Numbered from the stretch's first letter, positions 18,593-28,915 are shown. The stretch: DNA of 64,000 bases from Parcubacteria group bacterium (GCA_943358385.1 CALRGX010000006.1:3559-67558), one strand, 5' to 3'. Made by a program: numbers and translations. Notes: generated by a model from the sequence alone, not told the origin.

Positions 18593-19783
18593 CTAGACTT
18601 TCAGCGATCCGAAGACCGCGTCTTGCGCACCGTGAACGATGAGCGATTCGGACGTCCGGCCGTTCCACATGCCACCAATGAGCTTGAAATTGCCCGTCGG
18701 CGTACTGCGAACAGCGAGTACACGCCATATCACCGTGCCATAGAGGGGATGCGAGCGCGGCTTGTAGAACGGTTGCACCACGTGGGTGACATGATTCTCC
18801 AATCCGGCCAGTACCTTCTCTACCCTCGTGCGGGTGTGGCTATGCTGGCGGTTCTCTGGTGCGTAGATGCAGACATCCTCCGCACCCCAGCCATCCAGCG
18901 GCTTGATGACGAATCCATGTGGGAAGACTTCGACAAGATCATCGAAACTCTCGAAGTTCCACAGATGGCGACCACCCGAAACGGGAAAGTCGATATCTTT
19001 CATACCCCACGGATCTGTTGCCAGACGCGTCCTGATTGAGTCTGGCGCCTGAGCTCCTTCGCATGAAACGTAGATTCGCTCTGCGTGTGCCGGCACGTCG
19101 TTCCAGTTCTCATAGAACGGCACGCCGACTTCTGAGAACACTGAGTACGCTTCTTTCCATTGAGCATATTTTGGAGGCAGCACTGCCGCATCCATCACCT
19201 GCACCAATGGTTCCCGTAGCACGGCGTTCAGCCGCATGGCAAGCGATATGCCGGGACTGGTCTCCACTTCGTAAATGGGAAGCGAACCAGCGCGACCAGC
19301 CTTCTGCATCGGCGCCATATCAAGGCGAACGATACGCGAAGTGGTCTTGTGTGCCACGTGCTCGTTCAGAACCTCTTCCAAGCACGCAACCACATCAAGC
19401 GGAATCGTGTCGACGTCCGCAGATACGAGCATCGAATGTTCGCCGATGGTGGTGCGCACACCTACTGACGGTGGTTTGAACTCCGTTGGTATAGGATCTG
19501 CAATCGCCGGCTCCATCAAAAGCAGATCTGCCAGTGTCGGCAGGATGCCGCGCACGGTCGGGATGCCCTGATGAACCACAAACCGGCGCTCTCGGCCAAG
19601 TTTGTCCTTTCGTTCCTCGGCACGCCAAGTGAATGCGGGGAATTTCTGCTTGATAGCTTCGTACTGCCGTTCACGTTTTGGCCATCGTTCGCTATCTGGA
19701 ACCGGCAAACCCAGTTTCTCGAGCGCCTCGTTGTTGTTGAGGAAGCTCTTCGCCCAGGCGCGGTGATTCGCTCCTGGAGTCAT
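18593..19783 (-). CDS. Hypothetical ATP-grasp-like domain protein. The start is uncertain and the longer ORF runs to 20047.
   Basis: The C-terminal segment FPHGFVIKPLDGWGAEDVCIY resembles the ATP-grasp central motif (V-I-K-P-x-x-G-x-G). The start is trimmed to MTPGANH. Confidence 0.5.
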   Translation of the reverse strand: MTPGANHRAWAKSFLNNNEALEKLGLPVPDSERWPKRERQYEAIKQKFPAFTWRAEERKDKLGRERRFVVHQGIPTVRGILPTLADLLLMEPAIADPIPTEFKPPSVGVRTTIGEHSMLVSADVDTIPLDVVACLEEVLNEHVAHKTTSRIVRLDMAPMQKAGRAGSLPIYEVETSPGISLAMRLNAVLREPLVQVMDAAVLPPKYAQWKEAYSVFSEVGVPFYENWNDVPAHAERIYVSCEGAQAPDSIRTRLATDPWGMKDIDFPVSGGRHLWNFESFDDLVEVFPHGFVIKPLDGWGAEDVCIYAPENRQHSHTRTRVEKVLAGLENHVTHVVQPFYKPRSHPLYGTVIWRVLAVRSTPTGNFKLIGGMWNGRTSESLIVHGAQDAVFGSLKV

Positions 19784-20079
19784 GCCGGCACGTAGCCGAA
19801 CTTGTGTGAGCTCATGCGGCGGCTCTGCTGCTCTCTGCTGCCTTCTCATTTTCTTCCTCTCTTCTCTGCCAAAGATCATTTCCATGCAGTGCCAAAGCAC
19901 CGGGCTGCGCATTCGATTTTCAAACAAGCAGCCCGACACTCGACTAAAAAGACCCCTCTTTTCGGAGGGGTCTTTCTCGGTGATTTGCGTGAGTATGCAA
20001 GTTACAAGAAAGTCCCCTCGGTAAAGAGAAGGCAATACATGGTCCAAATCGCTGTATGACGAACTTGCATATATCGAAG

Positions 20080-21024
20080 TTACACCAAGGGTGGAAAAGC
20101 GTCAAGACTCCCCATCACCGTGACTTCTGGTGATAACTCAACCGCGTATTGGGCTTTGACTTTGGTTGCTATGCGCTGAGCCAACTTCCACACATCGGCA
20201 GCGGTTGCTTCTCCCGTATCGTTTACTAAATAATTTGCATGCATCTGGCTTGATGCAGCTCCTCCTTCACGCTCACCACGCATGCCGACCTTTTCGATAA
20301 GCCAACCTGCTGGTACACGTCCGGCGCGTGCTTCCATGTGTTTCTCAGACGCGAACACAATCGCCACATCAGAAGGAGCAACAGGGTTAACAAAAAATGA
20401 CCCAGCAGCACGCACATGTTGCAAATGGCGCTTTTCTCTCTCGGCAACGGTCTCCTCGATAATGGTCGTGCTTTCCTTTGTGTCCGTCTCTCGCAGTGCA
20501 AACACCGCATCTAACAGTATCCATTCCGGGTGTTTTTTAAAATAACTGTACCGGTAAGAAAAAGCACATGCATCTTTTTTGAATTCACGGACATGTCCTG
20601 TGTGGCGATCTAGTGCACGCACACTGAGCAGGACTTCTCCTATCTCAGTGCCAAAAGCCCCCGCATTTCCTCGGATAGCCCCACCCACCGTCCCTGGAAT
20701 ACCAGAAAGACGCTCCCATCCACCTAAACCATCAGCAGCTGTTTCCCTAATGGCCTCATACAACGACGCGCCACACTGCACATGAATATTTGTGCCGCGA
20801 GTTTTCAAAAGGCCGCCTCGCATGCACATAACAACCCCAGAAACACCTTCATCGGCTATAAGCACATTACTTGCGCCTGCCAAAAGTGTGTGACTGTGCC
20901 GGAGACGTTCCGCATCAGCAAGTGCGCCGCGCACATCCTCCTCGCTTATCACCGTGGTGAAATATTCGGCTGGTCCACCTATAGCAAACGTCGTCTCGTG
21001 TCGTAGGAGATGCGCCCGTTCCAT
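20080..21024 (-). CDS. murB: UDP-N-acetylenolpyruvoylglucosamine reductase.
   Basis: It has the FAD-binding PCMH fold motifs of MurB (TTFAIGGPAEYF ... LLAGASNVLIADEG ... GIPGTVGGAIRGNAGAFG). Confidence 0.9.
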   Translation of the reverse strand: MERAHLLRHETTFAIGGPAEYFTTVISEEDVRGALADAERLRHSHTLLAGASNVLIADEGVSGVVMCMRGGLLKTRGTNIHVQCGASLYEAIRETAADGLGGWERLSGIPGTVGGAIRGNAGAFGTEIGEVLLSVRALDRHTGHVREFKKDACAFSYRYSYFKKHPEWILLDAVFALRETDTKESTTIIEETVAEREKRHLQHVRAAGSFFVNPVAPSDVAIVFASEKHMEARAGRVPAGWLIEKVGMRGEREGGAASSQMHANYLVNDTGEATAADVWKLAQRIATKVKAQYAVELSPEVTVMGSLDAFPPLV

Positions 21025-21027
21025 ACA

Positions 21028-23094
21028 CTACTTTTTTTGCACTGATTTTTTCTTTGCCGTTTTCTTCCCATTCTTTTTCTTCTGCTGTGCCGCATGTTTT
21101 TCCTCAAGTATGCGCACCTCATCGCGTAAGAGAGCCGCCGTTTCAAAGTCGAGTCGATCAGCAGCGTCGTGCATTTCTTCTCGCTTTTCGATAATCAGTG
21201 CTGAAAGATCTTTTGTGTGCGACTCAATGTCAACTATGGTGGACACCGCTTTCTGCCGAGCTTTTTGAATGTCTCCCATGATGTCGGCAATGCGCTTCTT
21301 GATGGTCTGTGGGGTAATGCCGTGTTTTTGGTTGTAGGCGTGCTGTGTAGCACGGCGGCGATTCGTCTCACCAATTGCTTTTTCAAGAGAGTTAGTCATG
21401 TGATCGGCATACAGGATTACACGGCCATTCACATTGCGCGCTGCGCGCCCAATAGTTTGGATCAAAGATGTTTCGCTGCGCAAGAACCCTTCTTTATCCG
21501 CATCCAGAATGCCCACAAATTCCACTTCCGGAAGGTCAAGACCTTCGCGCAGAAGGTTGACACCTACCAGTACATCAAATTCGCCACGACGAAATGCCGT
21601 CAATATTTCTATGCGCTCTATGGTCTTTACGTCACTGTGCAAGTACTGCGCCTTTATATGCTTTCCCTTAAGAAATTCTGCCAAATCTTCGGCCATTTTC
21701 TTCGTCAACACCGTCACGAGCGTACGTGCGCCGCGCTTGGTAATGCGATCTGCTTCTGCGATAAAGTCGTGTACCTGACCAGGATACTTTCCTTTTTCCA
21801 CCACTGGCCGGACTTCAATTTCAGGATCCAAGAGACCAGTCGGACGAATGACCATTTCAATTGGAATACCGCCTTTTTCTCGCTCGTATGCTGCAGGTGT
21901 GGCGCTGGTGTAAATAACACTTCCCACTCGTTCTTGGTACTCAGGAAAAGTAAGCGGGCGGTTATCAACGGCACTTGGCAAGCGAAAACCATGTTCAATG
22001 AGGGTGAGTTTGCGCGACCGATCGCCCGCATGCATGCCACCGATCTGTGAGAGGGTTACATGGGATTCGTCGATAATGGTGAGGAAATCAGGTGTGCCGT
22101 CGGGAAGATGAGGGAAATACGAAAGAAGTGTGTATGGAGGCTCTCCTGGTTTGCGTCGATCAAAGTGGCGAGAGTAATTCTCGATGCCGTTGCAATAGCC
22201 AAATTCTTGGATCATGGCGATATCTTGTTTGGTGCGTCGCTTGAGACGATCGGCCTCAAGGAGCTTGCCTTCCTTTTCGAAAACCGCCAGCTGCGCCTTC
22301 AGCTCTTCGACCATCTCCTGCACGGCGGCATCTTGGATGTCCTTTGGTGTTACATAGTGACGCGCAGGGAAAATGAAGAGCGTATCGTGCTCGCCACGAA
22401 TTTCACGCGTGACCGGGTCATATTCAGTGATTGACCCGATGCCATGAGGCGCAAACTGTACACGGTACAATGCGCGCTCGTTGGCGGGCATGATTTCAAC
22501 GTAATTCCCCAGTGCGCGGAATGTTCCTGGAGTAACGTCACCTGGTGTGCGAGTGAAGTAAATACCAATCAATGCCCGTATAACGTCCGCACGAGTCCCG
22601 GCCGTGCCTGCAGCGAGCTTTACGTTCACCTTTTCATACTCTTCCGGGCTACCCAAACCGTAAATACAAGAGACAGAAGCCACAATAATCACGTCTTTTC
22701 GCGTGAGGAGTGCCTGTGTGGCAGCGTGGCGAAGGCGCTCTATATCCTCATTGACCATCGCTTCTTTTTCAATGTAGGTGTCTGAGGTAGGAACGTAGGC
22801 CTCTGGCTGATAGTAATCGTAGTAAGAAACAAAATAATGCACTGCGTTGTGAGGAAAAAACTCGCGATACTCGGCCGCCAATTGTGCGGCCAGCGTTTTG
22901 TTGTGGGCAATCACCAGTGTTGGCTTGCCTATCTGTGCAATGACATTTGCAGCAGTATAGGTCTTTCCTGACCCGGTCACACCCAAGAGTGTCTGATGCT
23001 GCTTGCCAGCACGAACACCCGCGACCAATTTTTCGATGGCTTGCGGCTGGTCGCCAGCAGGTATGTGTGTAGATTCTAATGAAAAAGCACTCAT
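21028..23094 (-). CDS. uvrB: Excinuclease ABC subunit B.
   Basis: It has helicase motifs (GVTGSGKTYTAAN ... DESH) and a C-terminal UVR domain (LDFETAALLRDEVRILE). The start is trimmed to MSAFSL (cat at 23092..23094). Confidence 0.95.
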   Translation of the reverse strand: MSAFSLESTHIPAGDQPQAIEKLVAGVRAGKQHQTLLGVTGSGKTYTAANVIAQIGKPTLVIAHNKTLAAQLAAEYREFFPHNAVHYFVSYYDYYQPEAYVPTSDTYIEKEAMVNEDIERLRHAATQALLTRKDVIIVASVSCIYGLGSPEEYEKVNVKLAAGTAGTRADVIRALIGIYFTRTPGDVTPGTFRALGNYVEIMPANERALYRVQFAPHGIGSITEYDPVTREIRGEHDTLFIFPARHYVTPKDIQDAAVQEMVEELKAQLAVFEKEGKLLEADRLKRRTKQDIAMIQEFGYCNGIENYSRHFDRRKPGEPPYTLLSYFPHLPDGTPDFLTIIDESHVTLSQIGGMHAGDRSRKLTLIEHGFRLPSAVDNRPLTFPEYQERVGSVIYTSATPAAYEREKGGIPIEMVIRPTGLLDPEIEVRPVVEKGKYPGQVHDFIAEADRITKRGARTLVTVLTKKMAEDLAEFLKGKHIKAQYLHSDVKTIERIEILTAFRRGEFDVLVGVNLLREGLDLPEVEFVGILDADKEGFLRSETSLIQTIGRAARNVNGRVILYADHMTNSLEKAIGETNRRRATQHAYNQKHGITPQTIKKRIADIMGDIQKARQKAVSTIVDIESHTKDLSALIIEKREEMHDAADRLDFETAALLRDEVRILEEKHAAQQKKKNGKKTAKKKSVQKK

Positions 23095-23188
23095 AGCGTG
23101 TAGTGTGCCGTACAATGTGCGCAACGGCAACGCTTGTGTTGTTTGTGAAAAAGCGTCACAGTGGCGCCAGCCAATGAGGAGACCGTCA

Positions 23189-23446
23189 ATGCAGCGCACC
23201 CTTTCTCCATCAAACAATGTAGACAAGGCCCAGCCGGCATCCCAGACGCTGGCAGAACAAAGTACATTACGGAAAGACGCCGATCAGTACTTTCTCAGCA
23301 TCATCCACAGCGGCGGTGTCGACCAGGCCACGTATGAGGATTTTCGTTGGCAGCTCGCCAGACACGTGGGGTGTTCGGTCGAAGGTTTGGATGAAGTGCT
23401 TGCTCGTTTCATGTTGAAGTTCAACATGCGCAGCGTCGTCCCATAA
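23189..23446 (+). CDS. Hypothetical small protein (85 aa).
   Basis: A GAGGAG RBS lies 7 nt before the ATG at 23189. It is divergent from uvrB. Confidence 0.3.
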   Translation: MQRTLSPSNNVDKAQPASQTLAEQSTLRKDADQYFLSIIHSGGVDQATYEDFRWQLARHVGCSVEGLDEVLARFMLKFNMRSVVP

Positions 23447-23475
23447 GCACGCGCGCCTCACTTGATGAGGCGCGC
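23447..23475 (+). terminator. Terminator hairpin (ACGCGCGCCTCA ... TGAGGCGCGCGT) followed by a T-rich tract.
   Basis: The 12-bp stem lies directly after the stop at 23446. Confidence 0.5.
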
Positions 23476-23506
23476 GTACTCTTTCACTTCTTGAACTGAA
23501 CTTGAC

Positions 23507-23977
23507 CTAGCCCTTATTGTCGACAATCGCAAGAAGCTCTACCTCAAAATTGAGTGTTGCGTTTGGTGGAATCGGGCCGGTACCACGATCACCGTAACCG
23601 AGAGCTGGCGGAATTACCAACGTCCGTGTCCCACCCACTTTCATGCCCACGATGCCCTGATCCCATCCTTTAATGACCTGTCCCGTGCCCAGCGTGAACG
23701 AAAATGGCTGCCCGCGGTCCTTTGAAGAATCAAACTTCGTACCGTCTACCAAAGTACCTGTGTAGTGAACGGCGACCGTTTGGCCAGAACGTGCTTCAGG
23801 GCCAGTACCTACCACTACGTCTGTAATCTGCAATCCTTCCCCGGTAACACCCAATACTTCTCCATCAGTCATAGTTGCTTCTTTATCTTTTGCATACCAC
23901 CATACACCGCCAATAACGAGAACTACCAATGCTAATGCACCCAACATATACCCGAGATTGTTTTTTTCGTTTTCCAT
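23507..23977 (-). CDS. FKBP-type peptidyl-prolyl cis-trans isomerase with an N-terminal membrane anchor.
   Basis: It shows an FKBP core ([21 protein letters not shown] ... [25 protein letters not shown] ... YG) after a TM helix. Confidence 0.85.
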   Translation of the reverse strand: MENEKNNLGYMLGALALVVLVIGGVWWYAKDKEATMTDGEVLGVTGEGLQITDVVVGTGPEARSGQTVAVHYTGTLVDGTKFDSSKDRGQPFSFTLGTGQVIKGWDQGIVGMKVGGTRTLVIPPALGYGDRGTGPIPPNATLNFEVELLAIVDNKG

Positions 23978-24040
23978 GGTCCAAGTATATCACGCCCCAC
24001 CAGACGTGCGATTGACAAAGTCGCTTGTGCGTTTCTCAGT

Positions 24041-25285
24041 CTATGCGCGAACAAAGAGCGCCGCATTCCGCTTGCCACGCTTTACGAGGGCCATGGTGCC
24101 CACAAAATCAGTATCTTCTACAGTGTGTTTTACATCAGTCATTTTTTTTCCATTCACGGTTACCGCACCATCTTCAATAAATTGCCGCGCTTCGCGCTTG
24201 GAAGACGCGAGCTTAGAAGCTTCAAGCGCATCAACCAAGGAAGTACCTAGTTCAACGACACTTTGAGGGGCGCAACCCAAAAGCATATCGCGCTCAACCG
24301 GCGTGACAGAAGAGATATCGGTGTCGCCAAAAAGTATTTCAGAAGTTCTTAGCGCTGCGTCCGCAGCCGGCTTTCCATGCACCAATTCGGTTACCGCATG
24401 CGCCAATGCGCGCTGTGCTCCTCGCTTTTGCGGTGCTTCGCTGTGGGTAATGAGCAACTGTTCGATATCTGCAAGTGTCCGCAATGTAAAAAGTTTGAGG
24501 TAATCACCGACACTTTCGTCGCTCGCATTCAACCAAAATTGCAAGAATTGAAATGGCGTTGTTTTCAACGGGTCAAGCCATACCGCATTCCCTTCGCTTT
24601 TGCCAAATTTTTTCCCAGTAGCTTTGTCGACAATCAACGGAAGTGTCAACGCGTAAGCCACCTTTCCTTCCTTGCGTCGTATCAACTCTACCCCTGCCGT
24701 GATATTACCCCACTGGTCAGAGCCGCCAATTTGTACGTCGCACCCTCGATGTATAAACAAATGCCAAAAATCGTATGCTTGTAGCAGTGGGTATGCAAAT
24801 TCTGTGTATGAAATACCTTCTTCGCTTTTGAGACGTTCCGCAATAGCATCCTTCTTCATCAAATTGTTCACGGTGAAATGCTTGCCCGTATCACGTAAGA
24901 AATTAATGAGATTCAGCTCACCGAGCCAATCGTGATTGTTGACGAATTCCACAGGAATATCACCCAATAGGCGACGTGCTTGAATTTGGAGCTTTTGCAC
25001 ACGTGCTGCAACCTCTTCCGGCGGGGTGAGTGGGCGCTCTACATCAGGCTTTGGGTCACCAATCATGCCAGTGCCGCCCCCAATGAGCACAATTACCTTG
25101 TGCCCTGCATCCACAAAGTGACGCAAAAGCATATAGCCCGCAAGATTGCCCACATGTATTGAATCGGCAGTGGGGTCAACGCCCAAGTACACAGTGCGCA
25201 CTGCCCCATCCGTCACATCACTTAGTTTTTCCGCAGAGGACTGATGTACAAAGCCGCGCAAGGTGAGTGTTTCAGATAGCATCAT
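24041..25285 (-). CDS. tyrS: Tyrosine--tRNA ligase.
   Basis: It has a HIGH-type motif (DSIHVGNL), KFGKSEGNAVWL (KMSKS) and a C-terminal S4-like domain. The start is at MMLSET. Confidence 0.9.
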   Translation of the reverse strand: MMLSETLTLRGFVHQSSAEKLSDVTDGAVRTVYLGVDPTADSIHVGNLAGYMLLRHFVDAGHKVIVLIGGGTGMIGDPKPDVERPLTPPEEVAARVQKLQIQARRLLGDIPVEFVNNHDWLGELNLINFLRDTGKHFTVNNLMKKDAIAERLKSEEGISYTEFAYPLLQAYDFWHLFIHRGCDVQIGGSDQWGNITAGVELIRRKEGKVAYALTLPLIVDKATGKKFGKSEGNAVWLDPLKTTPFQFLQFWLNASDESVGDYLKLFTLRTLADIEQLLITHSEAPQKRGAQRALAHAVTELVHGKPAADAALRTSEILFGDTDISSVTPVERDMLLGCAPQSVVELGTSLVDALEASKLASSKREARQFIEDGAVTVNGKKMTDVKHTVEDTDFVGTMALVKRGKRNAALFVRA

Positions 25286-25373
25286 GGCAGCACTATACCA
25301 CAGCACATACTCCTGATATGATGGCAATAGGCTGGGAAACTAGAGTACAACCTTGCATGAAAGGCAGGCACAC

Positions 25374-25793
25374 ATGAGTACCCTCACGGCAACAATCGAG
25401 GCCCGCGAACTAATCGCTCTCACCTTCAGCTCGCTTGGTAATTCCAACACCTGGACGACCAGGGCCACGGGGAGAACCGAGAGTGGTGAGACCATCGATC
25501 CGACCCATCGCGACGCAAAGCGTCGCTGCGCGGAAGGCTGGATGAGCTACCATGCGTCACAACGCGGCTTCAGCAAACGTACGGTTCGTGACGCACAACG
25601 AGCTGTGCAACTGCATTTGCCTGGCGTCACTGACAGGCAGCGGGCTCGAGCAATGAAACCAGCGTTTCGGCTTTTGGCCATGCTCCCCAGCATCCCGGAA
25701 ATCAACGACCGTCTAGGTCGCCAACAAATCCGAGACGCTTTCGGGCGAACGGTTCGTGCTTTGCAACCAATTCCAGCACCGGCGAATGCCTGA
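25374..25793 (+). CDS. Hypothetical protein.
   Basis: ORF. The start is chosen at MSTLT, with aaagg 9 nt upstream. Confidence 0.4.
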   Translation: MSTLTATIEARELIALTFSSLGNSNTWTTRATGRTESGETIDPTHRDAKRRCAEGWMSYHASQRGFSKRTVRDAQRAVQLHLPGVTDRQRARAMKPAFRLLAMLPSIPEINDRLGRQQIRDAFGRTVRALQPIPAPANA

Positions 25794-25808
25794 GCGTTTG
25801 CCACCATG

Positions 25809-25833
25809 AAAGGCGCCTCACCGAGGCGCCTTT
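25809..25833. terminator. Bidirectional terminator hairpin (AAAGGCGCCTC acc GAGGCGCCTTT).
   Basis: An 11-bp perfect stem flanked by an A-run and a T-run sits between convergent genes. Confidence 0.55.
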
Positions 25834-25853
25834 CCCTATGTCCCTTCATTTCT

Positions 25854-26768
25854 TTATTCAACAACAATGGGAAATTCGATAGACCCATCATGCTCAGGCA
25901 ATCCAGATGGATTGTCCTTTTTGATGACGACCGCGTACAAACCTGCACTTGCATCAGCGGGCAATTTAACAGTGGCAGAGAAAGGAACGAGCTCTGTGGT
26001 CATCCAGTCGCCCTGTGCGGCTGCTGGTACGGACAGTATGACTGTCCCTGTTGCATTTTTGATGTCAATGGGAAGATTTGCTTCGAAGAACCACGGGCCA
26101 CGCGCCGCCCCCGCAATAGTGAATGAGCGCGGCGTGTCGGCACCTGGAAGCGGACTCGCGACAACAATCTGCGGATCTGAAACGGTGCCGAAAATAACAT
26201 CACGCATAGCAAGCCCACTATCTGTGTATGCAAAGTGCAACACACGAGGTTGTGTAGGTGTGGCAGCCATCGGTTCTGTAGGGAGACGATCCTTAAGTGA
26301 CACAAGAATATCAAATGTGGTCGCAGCCGTTTGATTTGCCGCAACGCTGTCAATTGCTATACGGTCGCCAATGCCCAAACGCTGCTTCTCAATGAGCGTA
26401 TTACTAGCGCCCATATATGAAAACCACACGAGAAACTGGAATGTGCCGCTCCCACCACCATTGATATTTACTATCGCGAACACTTCGGCATTCTCGCCCT
26501 TGAATATTATTGCCTGTTTGTCGGAAAGCTGTGCAAAGCCCTGAGGACTAGTCGTACTGGTTGCATCAGTAACAAACGACGCTTCGCCGTCAACAAGCGT
26601 CACCGTTCCTGCCCCAAACTCCGACACATCGAGCGAAGTATTGCGCAGAACTTCACCAATGGATGCTTCCGTGGGTAGTGCGGCAGGTGCGGCACCTGTG
26701 GGTTTAAAGTAATACGCGCCGAGGGCGACCACTCCGAGCACAGCAAAAGCAATCAATATGTTTTTCAT
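25854..26768 (-). CDS. Hypothetical exported/membrane-anchored protein with a beta-rich extracytoplasmic domain.
   Basis: An N-terminal signal-anchor (MKNILIAFAVLGVVALGAYY) is followed by a Thr/Ser/Gly-rich soluble region. Confidence 0.55.
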   Translation of the reverse strand: MKNILIAFAVLGVVALGAYYFKPTGAAPAALPTEASIGEVLRNTSLDVSEFGAGTVTLVDGEASFVTDATSTTSPQGFAQLSDKQAIIFKGENAEVFAIVNINGGGSGTFQFLVWFSYMGASNTLIEKQRLGIGDRIAIDSVAANQTAATTFDILVSLKDRLPTEPMAATPTQPRVLHFAYTDSGLAMRDVIFGTVSDPQIVVASPLPGADTPRSFTIAGAARGPWFFEANLPIDIKNATGTVILSVPAAAQGDWMTTELVPFSATVKLPADASAGLYAVVIKKDNPSGLPEHDGSIEFPIVVE

Positions 26769-26805
26769 GGGGCCATGCTACCACAATGCAGCCTTCACGC
26801 CGAAC

Positions 26806-27387
26806 TTACTTTTTCGTCTTGAGCCACGCTGACCGCCAAATCCACGTCACATACACAGCAATAAGCAGAATGAGCACGGCAAAAATAAAGTGCTTTGCAG
26901 TGCGTACATCGTCGATGAATGCGAGTATCGAGTGGTGGAAGTGGAAGCCCAGGAAAAAGATAACTGGCACATATATTGAAACCGCCACCGCATCCCAAAA
27001 AGCAAAACGCACCCAACTCACGCCTTGATGTGCCGCAACCAGCGGCCCCAAGGTGCGAATACCAATAATAAAACGGCCAACCACAATGTAGAGCGCCGGG
27101 TATGTATCTTCTTTGCGTGCAATCTTTCCTGCCTTACTACTCAAAAGAAGTGCGTACAGCCACTCTGCATACTTTCCACCATGACGCGCGATACCGAAGA
27201 GTAGGTTGTCTCCAATGAGTGCGCCCAAAATTAGAGCGGCGAGTGTTGGGCCCAGGTGTACCGCCTTTGCTGATGCAGCATACCCGAGCGATAGTAATAC
27301 AATTTCCTCTGGAAGCGGCAGTACGGTGCCTGCGGCAACCATGGTGAGTACGATGGCACCGTATGAAAGTAAGAAGCCGAGCAGCAT
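26806..27387 (-). CDS. DedA-family membrane protein (second paralog in the window).
   Basis: It has the VTT-domain pattern (LGYAASAKAVHLGPTLAALILGALIGDNLLFGIARHGG ... VGRFIIGIRTLGPLVAAHQG). Confidence 0.8.
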   Translation of the reverse strand: MLLGFLLSYGAIVLTMVAAGTVLPLPEEIVLLSLGYAASAKAVHLGPTLAALILGALIGDNLLFGIARHGGKYAEWLYALLLSSKAGKIARKEDTYPALYIVVGRFIIGIRTLGPLVAAHQGVSWVRFAFWDAVAVSIYVPVIFFLGFHFHHSILAFIDDVRTAKHFIFAVLILLIAVYVTWIWRSAWLKTKK

Positions 27388-27499
27388 GTACAGATTATAC
27401 CTGTCACACGACGCATAACCAGAAGCAGGCAACCATTAGACAGGTGTCCTGGCCTGTGCAATAGTCCCCGACAGTACAGCGAACGAAAAAGGACACACG

Positions 27500-28258
27500 A
27501 TGGACAAACTCATCGATCTCTTCTTTCACTTGGTTACCCAAGCACCCGCGTGGTTGCAGGCAATTGCACTCGCGCTGGCCGCCTTGGTCGCCCTTGTGGC
27601 AACACTGCGATTCGTCAAAGAGGCCGAGCAAGGTCTCAAGCTCCGGTTTGGGCAGGTCGTGCGCAATCGACATGGCGAACCACGCATCATTCATCCTGGC
27701 TTTACCCTGGTCATTCCCAAGGTCGAGCAATTGGTGCGCCGCCATGTACGGCAGCAAACGCTGAAGCTTCACAATCAGGAAATCCTCTTGAAAGACAACA
27801 GCATCTTCATCGTCTCGGCGATTGTCTTTTTCCGAGTCGAAAACATCTACAAAGCGCTGTTTGAGGTAGACAACCTCGACGTAGCCGTGGAAAACTTCTG
27901 TATGCGAGTCTTGCGCACCACACTCCAAGGCCTTGATGGTGTAGATTCGATCAAAGACATCGCCCATGTTTCCAAATTGCTGGAAGATGCAGCACGCGAA
28001 CGTTTCGGCGATTGGGGCATTGAACTTGTGGAGTTTGGGCTGGTGAATTGCGCCCCTTCCCGCGAGACCGCGTCGTTCATCACAGCTGCTCCGGCAGTTC
28101 GCGCACGTGTGGAAGCCCTCAAGGCGCAATCAGTGACGAACCCCATGATGGCTGCGGCACTCTTGGGTGCTCCGGCAGTTGCGGCATTGAGTGATGCCGG
28201 CCCGGTACCCGTGCCTCGCGATTCGACCGTGACTGCACCGAACGAAGAAATTGCATGA
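27500..28258 (+). CDS. SPFH/band-7 (stomatin/prohibitin/HflK-like) domain membrane protein.
   Basis: An N-terminal TM is followed by an SPFH-like core (EAEQGLKLRFGQVVRNRHGEPRIIHPGFTLVIPKVEQLVRRHVRQQTL). Confidence 0.75.
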   Translation: MDKLIDLFFHLVTQAPAWLQAIALALAALVALVATLRFVKEAEQGLKLRFGQVVRNRHGEPRIIHPGFTLVIPKVEQLVRRHVRQQTLKLHNQEILLKDNSIFIVSAIVFFRVENIYKALFEVDNLDVAVENFCMRVLRTTLQGLDGVDSIKDIAHVSKLLEDAARERFGDWGIELVEFGLVNCAPSRETASFITAAPAVRARVEALKAQSVTNPMMAAALLGAPAVAALSDAGPVPVPRDSTVTAPNEEIA

Positions 28259-28264
28259 AACAGT

Positions 28265-28289
28265 GAGGCGCCCACAACGTGGGCGCCTC
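28265..28289. terminator. Bidirectional terminator hairpin (GAGGCGCCCAC aac GTGGGCGCCTC).
   Basis: An 11-bp stem sits between convergent genes. Confidence 0.45.
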
Positions 28290-28320
28290 CTCATATACAT
28301 AATTGCAACGAGCGTTTGCG

Positions 28321-28581
28321 TTATTTGCCCAGACGCTCCATAAACGGTGCAAGGTATGGTTGAAAGGGCTGAGTCAAACCAAACATGTCGAGCACGTACC
28401 ATGCAGTTGATGCCAAGATGCCAACCACAATAGTGGCACCGATAGCTGTACCAACACCGAGAACAATCCCTCGTGCGAGAGTATTACCGTATGAATTTTG
28501 CTGGGCCACTTGCTCGGTAAGCTCTTCCAGCTCAGCCACAAGCATTTTTTCCACATCCGGAGTACTTTCTGTAGGTGGCAT
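28321..28581 (-). CDS. Small hypothetical membrane protein.
   Basis: It has one TM (GIVLGVGTAIGATIVVGILASTAWYVL). Its start abuts the stop of the DUF360 gene. Confidence 0.4.
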   Translation of the reverse strand: MPPTESTPDVEKMLVAELEELTEQVAQQNSYGNTLARGIVLGVGTAIGATIVVGILASTAWYVLDMFGLTQPFQPYLAPFMERLGK

Positions 28582-28582
28582 A

Positions 28583-28915
28583 CTAAAACCAGCGTAGCGG
28601 TGCAAACAATGCGTTAACCACAGAGACGATAATGGCGAAAAGGAGCGCGGTCATCCAACCGTCAATGAACACCCCGGGTACAATATAGGCTGCAAGTAAG
28701 ACAAAAGCTGCATTCACCACCAGAGAAAAGAGGCCGAGCGTGACGATGGTTAGTGGCAAAGTGAGGAGCGATATCACCGGCTTTATGAAAGTGTTGATAA
28801 CTCCCAATACCACGGCAAGGACCGCAATCCCCATCCACGTAGCCTCCACACCCGGCAAGATGTACGCCGCGACGGCTATAGAAGCAGCTGAAGTAATCAG
28901 GTGCATGAGTCCCAT
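28583..28915 (-). CDS. DUF360 / YvlD-like (phage-holin-4_2 family) 4-TM membrane protein.
   Basis: The pattern ILPGV...GVINTFIKPVISLLTLPLTIVTLGLFSLVVNA...PGVFIDG is characteristic of this family. Confidence 0.6.
   Translation of the reverse strand: MGLMHLITSAASIAVAAYILPGVEATWMGIAVLAVVLGVINTFIKPVISLLTLPLTIVTLGLFSLVVNAAFVLLAAYIVPGVFIDGWMTALLFAIIVSVVNALFAPLRWF

Noticed and set aside
21217-22050. 277-aa ORF antisense to uvrB (similarly 15115..15744 antisense to the antiporter, 27404..28129 antisense to the SPFH gene, 25867..26334, 1739..2320, 2812..3168, 8708..9160, 30181..30564)
   Set aside because: Each is fully embedded in the opposite strand of a gene with a clear family assignment and has no independent support. 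They are typical shadow ORFs.
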